Source: Eledone cirrhosa
Lineage: Eukaryota
Assembly (NCBI GenBank): GCA_964016885.1
Contig: OZ024741.1
Location: 322,028,001-322,092,000 of the forward strand
Reading direction: 5' to 3'
DNA: 64,000 nt
The notes under the pieces are model-generated. The model had not been told where the DNA came from. It saw only the letters and a program-made list of their open reading frames with translations, and made no database searches. The translations under genes were made by a program, and so were the position numbers. Of this stretch, positions 55,719 through 64,000 are shown in pieces. Every line of letters begins with the position of its first letter. The first letter of the stretch is position 1.

Positions 55719-57239
55719 GTATTACAGCTGATGTGTTAACATTTCTAGTAGTATACAACACCCACTTATTACACTACAGAGATATACTGTACCAACTTGT
55801 TTCAAATGCAACGGTATAGATGTTCCCAGCCTAGAGGTCCACAAAGGTAGTACTGGTGGGGGATGGGAGGTGGGGGGGGGGTGTGAGCTAAGCTCAAATT
55901 TTCAAGTACTTTGTTATAAACATAATATATACCCATTTGGGTATCCATTCTTCTCTAAGTATAAACATTCACCACTCCCAGCACTGAAAGAAAAAGCCCA
56001 CCACTTTAAAATTTCAAAATATGGCAGCTTAAGAGTGACTAAAGAAAAAAAAAAAAAAATATATATATATATCTACAGATTCAAGCTAGTTTCTTCTATT
56101 AATCTTTTGACAACGGGGTTTTTACCCCCGAAATATAAGGACCTTTAGAGAACTACATGGTAACACACTAACATCATAGTTACATTTAGCAACCAATTCA
56201 CATTGTGGTTGCTTTCAAACAAAACACTATTTTCTACACTTACACAAAGCTTCAAGCAAACTACAACACCCATTTATCTCTTTTGGTTATTACTCTTACT
56301 GTATAACAATTTGGGAGGTGGGTAATTGTAGTGGGGAGTGAGTGGTGGAAATTCATTTAAATAAAAGGTGACCTTGGTCATGAAAAGGGTGGCAATCACT
56401 GCTCCTCTAATGACATACAGTAGTAACTTAGTACAAATGCTATAGTGGTATATAGTACCAACTTCTTACAAATACTATGGAAGAAGAAAAAAAAAAAATC
56501 AATCTATACATCATCTCATAAGAAATATCACCCAGCTGGAGAACTTACGAAAAATTTGTACATGGATTCAGCAGTCGTATCAAGATGAGAATAGAATTAG
56601 AGAAGTATGTGAAAGATACTCTTCAGAAGAGGCAACTTAATTAAAACTTAAAATATCAAGTTGGAGAAGTTAGACGGTGAAACAAGAGTATTAGAAAGAT
56701 GGAATCATAGAGAAAAGAAATGAATAGGCAAAGAATATTAGAGAAAAATGTCAGAGTAAATATTAAAAGCTGAACACAGTGCCAAATATAAGATAATAGG
56801 TGTAAATACATTAATCATTCCATTCATAAACTACAGTTTCAATATAATGAACAGGGTGTTAAGTGTACTGAAGAGCTTAGATAGGAAAACCAAATACCAA
56901 AAAACTGAAAAACCAAAACACAAAAAAGAAGAAGAAAAAAAAACCAAAACAAAACAAACTAGCTGAATTCTGAACCTACAATCCTCAAAAGCAGATATAG
57001 ATAAGATAGATATATATCTACCACACACACAAACGCATGCAGTGGGGATGTAGGGGTTAAAAAAAAACTATTATAAATATAGAACTATTACTATATAACC
57101 ACAGTGGGTCTGAAAATGTACCAAGAAGCAAGCATATAGAGACTGATTACTTTGGTAAAGGAACATGAAGAAAACAAAAAGTATTTTTGCCAGTGTGTAT
57201 GTAATATATATATATATATATATATAGATATATATAGCT

Positions 57240-57366
57240 ATAGGAGAAAGTACGACCCCGACGGCAGAGCTCAAGCCGTTTCGACGGCTATTTCTGGACT
57301 ACTTTAGTCCAGAAATAGCCGTCGAAACGGCTTGAGCTCTGCCGTCGGGGTCATACTTTCTCCTAT
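57240..57366. repeat. 62-bp-arm GC-rich palindrome containing the 3' half of a hammerhead
   Basis: Arms 57240-57301 / 57305-57366, one mismatch, loop CTT; GAAA-CGGC-TTGAGCTCT-GCCG-TC. Confidence 0.85.
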
Positions 57367-57447
57367 TACTCACTCTACTACCCTAAGTATTGAATACTCT
57401 GGTGCATTATGGTCCATCTGGTTCCTTACAACAACTCCTCCGTTATC

Positions 57448-57641
<194 letters not shown>

Positions 57642-57728
57642 TTTAAAAAATATATACTATTTGGGGGGGGGGGGGGGCACCCTGTGTATATATGTGTGTG
57701 TGTATATATATATATATACACACACACA

Positions 57729-57808
57729 CAGGTTGTGTGTCCCCAAAAGTATACATATTTTTTATTAGAATGCTGTTGATGTGTGCATACATTTTTTAGG
57801 ACACCCTG
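57729..57808. mobile_element. Tc1/mariner-like MITE, reversed copy of 545-645
   Basis: TTATTAGAATGCTGTTGA is the reverse complement of 575-592; ends in GACACCCTG. Confidence 0.7.
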
Positions 57809-57813
57809 CACCC

Positions 57814-57856
<43 letters not shown>

Positions 57857-57880
57857 ATGGTTATATGTATATTGGTTATA

Positions 57881-57934
<54 letters not shown>

Positions 57935-58585
57935 TAGAACACTGGTGAGTTATATCCGCAGTAGCAGAGTACTCAGTTCATGGGACGAGTTTGGTAGAAG
58001 TAGTTTCCCAACAGTTAATTCACCATATGTATGTATGTATCTGTCTCTCTCTTTACACACACACACATATCATCATCATCATCATTGTTTACCATCTATT
58101 TTTCATGCCTGTCAATGATCAGTTTGTTGGAAAATGTCAGGATGATATCATCAAAACCATATCTTTTTATGACATCTGGTATGTTGTCCATCAAAATCAC
58201 ATCTTTTTATGATATCTGGTTGTATGGCATCAGGATCAGCAGATTTTCCATCACATACATACTTATCTTTGCTTTCAAAAGTTCTGGAATTGTGTAAGGT
58301 ACATCGTTGATTCCCAGATCTTTCAGGACAGATAAGATGTCTTGTATTAAATTATGTAAATCACAAGATGAAATATGTTCATGTGAGTTCATATCATTTG
58401 CTCTCAAAGAAAAATGCAGTCCTCCTCCCCATTTCATATATTGGCAGATACATTATGAAACACATGCACATACATGAATATTTAAATAAGCAGAAAACAA
58501 TCTGGAGGACAATATTTCTGCTAGTGTGTACACTCCTACCACACATATACATATAAATACATATATATATACATATATGATACAT

Positions 58586-58987
58586 ATGGTGGTGGCTGCC
58601 AACTCGTTTTCGAGTACGGCCACTACTTTATATCCATGTAGGAGAACCCCTACCGATGCGCTGAACGAGTGTGACTTTTTAGTCCAGCCAGCGACTTGAA
58701 AACTCTGTACAAACACTACACTTGTGACAATTATTGACACATAGTGCTGGGCCCATGGTACCATGTGAGGACAAGTGCAGAGAGATCTCCAGATATAAAG
58801 CAATGCCTGTGCCGTGAAGCTTTTATAGTGAGCAAAGGCACTGCACAAAGCCAGTCCCACTCTCTTAACCAAGATGATATTTACCAAAAAGAAGAACAAG
58901 TCAACATCATTGGATACCACCAGGGTTGCAGGTGTTATATCAGAGTTTTCCTTCTCCTAGAATTCTGCCTTGACAAAGGGGTCATCT
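58586..58987. mobile_element. ~390-bp element, copy 3 (same orientation as copy 1)
   Basis: ORF 58744-59031 translates like 5647-5982. Confidence 0.85.
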
Positions 58988-59381
58988 ATGTGTGTACATA
59001 TACACACATACATACATACATACATACATAAATATACACACACATACACATATACATACATACATATTATATTATGAAAACACATAGTAACATGGCATAC
59101 ACCTTCTTAGGTACTTTCCTGAAACAAGCTGATGTTATTGGTGAATCTATCTCAGCCATTGGAAAATGCGACATATGATGCCACAAAAACCTAACCTTGC
59201 ATCAGAAAACTCTGAGTACCTAGGAAGGTAAATGTCAGTTTGCCAAGTGTTTTACATAATATAATATATTTACCTCTACGTTTACGTATCCAGGGCTCAT
59301 TCTTTAGTGATTACAAACCCACACTCAGGTAATGATATATAAATACATACATGCATCTATGTATGTATACATACATCTATC

Positions 59382-59427
<46 letters not shown>

Positions 59428-59739
59428 TAGATATATACATACAAACATACATAAATACATGGATGCATATATAGATACATGCATACATACCTGCATGGAT
59501 GCATACATAGACACATACATATATGCATTCAAACATATATACATACATGCATAGATACATACATAAGATGCTTGTGTCAATCTTCACCAAATACTAAACA
59601 GTTTGAACTAAATCAGACACAACCTGTATTTTATGTAATGGAAGAAAGTAAAGTAAATATCTACAATTTCCATGATTTATTTTCTATTTAACATCCAGTG
59701 ATGACAGTATTATTGCCATGCCAGAGGGTAAAATATTGA

Positions 59740-59752
59740 GAGAGAGAGAGAG

Positions 59753-59842
<90 letters not shown>

Positions 59843-59951
59843 GAGAGAAAGTAAGAGAGAAAGAGAGGGAGAGAGGTATATATATATATATTATATATAT
59901 ATATATATATATAGAAGGAGAGAGAGAGAGAGAGGGAGGGGGAGAGAAAGT

Positions 59952-59984
<33 letters not shown>

Positions 59985-60056
59985 GTATATATATATATAT
60001 ATATATATAGAAAGAGAGAGAGAGAGAGAGAGAGAGGGAGGGGGAGAGAAAGTAAG

Positions 60057-60096
<40 letters not shown>

Positions 60097-60200
60097 GTAT
60101 ATATATATATATATATATAGAAAGAGAGAGAGAGAGAGAGAGAGAGGGAGGGGGAGAGAAAGTAAGAGAGAAAGAGAGAGAGGGGGAGAGAGAAAGAGAG
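59740..60200. repeat. compound (TA)n(GA)n block repeated four times
   Basis: GGT(AT)n(AG)nGGAGGGGGAGAGAAAGT(A/G)AGAGAG recurs about every 105-125 bp. Confidence 0.9.
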
Positions 60201-60741
60201 ATGTAAAGCAATACAGTCTAGACAAGTGATGCACATACAATTAGGTTCATTTAGTTTTGTTGTTGTTGTTGTTGCTCTTCTGAAATTACTGACCACTTGT
60301 CAGACTGTTTCAAAACCAAGATAGAAGTGACTGACCACTTCTCAGACTATTTCAGAACTAAGAGAAAATTTATTATCAGTCACCTTACATTAAAATGATA
60401 TTCTATTAAATGATATTCTATTAAATGATATCATTTTTGTTTATTGCTCCTCCTCCAGGAATGGACCTTCTAGTAGGTTCTTGGGCTCTGGTGTCAAGTG
60501 TTCTTCATGAAATTAACATGCAAGTGGCTGAGCATTCCACAGGCATGTGTGATACTGTTAGGCCTTTGTTGGTTCTGATGTCAATTGTTCCAGGTGTTTG
60601 ATCACTGGAGTAGCTTGCTTGTGAAATTAACATGCAAGTGGCTGAGCATTCCACTGACATGTGTTGCTGTTAGATCTCTATTGGTTCCAACGTTGAATGT
60701 TCCATTTGTATTATAATCTATTATTCAACATGTAACCTTAA

Positions 60742-60962
60742 CCGTTTAGCATTCATATTACTTTATATTTACTGCTGTATTTTCACAGTAAAGGCTTTAT
60801 CTTACATAATTATCTCACATAATTTTGAATCTACGAGATTTTGATGTTATTTATTTTGAGAACAATACCTTAATGTAAGTATGAGCAGCCAGTTACAGCC
60901 GGTTTGAACAGAAAGAGGTGAGATAGTTCTGGCCGGATGTGGCTGGTTTAAATGCTACGGGG
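60742..60962. mobile_element. piggyBac-like MITE
   Basis: TTAA|CCGTTTAGCATT ... AATGCTACGGGG|TTAA. Confidence 0.7.
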
Positions 60963-60966
60963 TTAA

Positions 60967-61140
60967 GGGGAGGGAGGAAAGTCGATTGAATCAACCCCAG
61001 GGCATAACTGGAGCTTTATTTTAATGACCCCATAAGGATGAAAGGCAAAGCTAACTTTGGTGAGATTTGAACTCAGAATGTAAAGGGCTGTAATTATACA
61101 CTTCAAAGCATGTTGTCTGATGTTCTACCGACATTGCCAA
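60967..61140 (-). mobile_element. SINE family B
   Basis: GACCCCATAAGGATGAAAGGCAAAGCTAAC..GATTTGAACTCAG. Confidence 0.8.
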
Positions 61141-61988
61141 AGAAAGATAAATGCCAGTAGGTCATATATTTATACATGAGGTGTGTCCGTGAAACATATA
61201 CATATACACCAGGTCTGAACACAAAGGAAGCAAACTCCCACTGTCACTGCCTCCGTCTCTCCCGCTCTCCCTATCTCTCACTATTATGAGCAAATGGGGG
61301 TCCACGCACTGGCCATCCCGCAGCCCTGGTGGAAAAATGAAAGATTTCAGACAAAAACCATACTTCCTCATCAACATGACTGTCCCAATCAGTATAATTG
61401 AACAAGTACAAAATCTTTAAAAAGAAAATAAAAAATTAGCAAAATGTGGAAACTCAAGACTAGAACAATACCCATTGTTGTAGAGGCTTAGGAATAGTAG
61501 CAAATTAGGCTGATTATTACTTATAAATCTCAGGAAATCCCCAAATGGAAGAAATTCAGAAGATAGTACTAATGGGGAATGCTCATATCCGACGGAAAAA
61601 TATTGTCTATGTAACTCCAAAACAATCTTTTTCCACATATTATCAAAAGCACATTTAAAGGTACAAAATAAGAAATAGTTTTTATCATCATGTTATTATC
61701 CCCCTATCATTTTAGTACCAAACAACTACTTTTGAACACATATTTTCCTGATGTTTTGACATATATTTTCTATAACATTACTTCTTTTGGAACCTGAGGC
61801 ACTCAATTAAAACACAAATCCCTATCATCAAACTACATTCTTCCCCCCAAAATATAGCAGTTATCAACCATCTTAGTCATAATGTCTACATGAACTTATA
61901 AACTTGCTGTCATTTGAGGTCTCTCTGGGTAAGACTTGGAGTCAGCTCATACAAACACAAAGCAAAATCCAAATATCAAAATAATAAT

Positions 61989-62165
61989 TGTTTCTACTTT
62001 AGGCACAAGGCCAGCAATTACCCAGTGCATTACTGGTACTTTATTTTATCGACCCCGTAAGGATGAAAGGCAAAGTTAACGTCGGCGGGATTTGAACTCA
62101 GACTGTAAAGGGATGTAACTATGCTAGAAAGCATGGCGTCCAACCCTCTACCGATACTGCCAATA
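61989..62165 (-). mobile_element. SINE family B, inserted at an (AAT)n tail (possible R4/Dong-like 3' end at ~61905-61988)
   Basis: Family B motifs; upstream GAGGTCTCTCTGGGTAAGACTTGGAGTC..AAAATAATAAT. Confidence 0.8.
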
Positions 62166-62175
62166 TAATAATAAA

Positions 62176-62620
62176 ACTGATTTGGTAGACACCCACAAGA
62201 TTATTAACCATCTTTCCAACAACCACCCTGGGCACCTTTTCGAAATCACACGTGTCTAACACCTGTGGACATGCTTACAAAATCAGAAAACAGTACAGCT
62301 CCAATAATTTACGGAAACATTTTTCATGCTCAGAGTTGCTGAAGCATGGAACAAACTACCTGCATCAGTTGTTAGCTGTCAGGACACTGCAACCTTCAAA
62401 ACTTCCATGCTTCTCGAAATTCACCAACACTACACCTGATATTCCCCGCCACACACATGCATACATGTGTGTGTGTGTGTGTGTATCACGACTCATACAC
62501 TGTTCAATTTCCTGACTTTTGTACATTATTCTATGTACTATACATGCACCTTTGATGAGTTGCAGTGCACCTGAGCACTGTATATAACATTTTCATTATT
62601 ATTATTATTTTATTATTATA
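62176..62620 (+). mobile_element. CR1-group LINE 3' end with (ATT)n tail
   Basis: SNTCGHAYKIRKQYSSNNLRKHF, then after a frameshift LRVAEAWNKLPASVVSCQDTATFK (RGH..K..R..FF..RV...WN.LP motif). Confidence 0.85.
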
Positions 62621-63267
62621 TTAGAATATGAATACATAATTTGAAAAAAAAATCATTAAAGTATTAGAGAAGGCTGAGGAATTGAACGCAATACAAAAGA
62701 TAGCGATAACACAAATGAAATGGATGTATGTAATAATATTAGTTGTGGTGAATAATGAAGAAAGAGGTATAATTAGATATATACTATATAAATAAAAAGG
62801 TTAATAAACAGGAATTAGAAAGAAAATATATAGATAAAATGTTCTCACTAAATCAGAGAAAAAGTTGAAGCATTAAAAAAATCTTTCCGCCGTCAGCAGT
62901 AAATTAATTCAGGTGGAGGGGTCTATAAAATAGGCTTAGGTAGGAGGGAAAGTGTATAAATATAATCAGATTCTTGTAGACACATAAAATGTAAATAAAA
63001 ATAATCACATTTGCATCAAACAAAGAAAAGAGTGTGTGCACATGTTTAAATATATGAGTGAATATATATAAAGTTTTATATATATATATATCCACACACA
63101 CACACATATATACACACACACACATATATATACACACATATATACACACACACACATATATACACATACACACATATACACACACACACATATATACACA
63201 CACACACATATATACACACACACATATATATACACATACACACATACATATATATACACACACATAT

Positions 63268-63603
63268 GGAGGCACATGGCTTAGTGGTTAGAGCATTGGC
63301 CTTGCAATTGAAAGGTTGTGAGTTCAATTCTCCGACCGGGTGATGTGTTGTTTCCTTGAGCAAGACACTTTATTTCACATTGCTCCAGTTTACTCAGCTG
63401 TAGAAATGAGATGATAGGGACTGGGGTCCAAATCATTCCACTGCAAAGTGGTCGTGTAGGTGCCACGGCAAAAAAGCACCCAGCACTCACTGTAAATGAG
63501 GTTGGTGTTAGGAAGGGCATCCAGCTGTAGAAATCGAGCCAGAATCAGTTCCCGTCCCACCCTTGCAAACAGGGGGAAAGCGGACGTAAAATGAAATGAT
63601 GAT
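63268..63603 (+). mobile_element. tRNA-derived SINE, family A, full length
   Basis: Box A and box B, CCTTGAGCAAGACAC, RTE-like tail. Confidence 0.9.
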
Positions 63604-63754
63604 ATATACACACACACACACACACACATATATACACACACACACGTATATACACATACACATATATATATATATACATACATAAACATATGTATAGAGG
63701 GTATATACACACATATATATATACACACATGTATATACACACATGATGATGATG

Positions 63755-63785
<31 letters not shown>

Positions 63786-63844
63786 CATACATAAACATAT
63801 ATATATGTATAGAGGGTAGTGTATTTATTTATCGGTCTTTTACT

Positions 63845-63892
<48 letters not shown>

Positions 63893-64000
63893 TATATATT
63901 TATGGACGTTAAACGATGATGATGATATATATATATAAACATTCATACATCATCCTTTTTAGATCTGTTTTTCCATGCTTGTATGGGTTGAATGGGTCCT

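Noticed and set aside
58207-58437. Possible Tc1/mariner transposase C-terminus (SCDL..LSVLKD..TIPELLKAKI)
   Set aside because: Resemblance is too weak to call without an HMM search

Overview
This is eukaryotic, AT-rich, repeat-saturated genomic DNA with no protein-coding gene that can be confidently supported. The repeat complement looks like an octopus (coleoid cephalopod) genome; this is an inference from remembered family motifs. It includes TA/CA/GA microsatellites, tRNA-derived SINEs with (GAT)n or (ATT)n tails, RTE and CR1 LINE 3' ends, Penelope-like remnants, Helitrons and MITEs. Nearly all long ORFs in the track are artefacts of microsatellites or of a 48-bp satellite. Main landmarks: a 7.2-kb GT-rich minisatellite (9.7-16.95 kb); a 16.6-kb 48-bp satellite (18.5-35.2 kb) with higher-order structure, bracketed by inverted RTE fragments; a 61-bp satellite derived from a retroposon tail; two complete non-autonomous Helitrons; a GIY-YIG Penelope-like pseudogene; and three copies of a young ~390-bp element, two of them inverted. 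The most unusual signal is a recurring set of short fold-back palindromes (7.05, 8.8, 37.45, 42.36, 57.24 kb) whose arms or centres carry hammerhead-ribozyme core motifs of Penelope-like termini. Coordinates and alignments were read by eye, so edges of degenerate elements are approximate.
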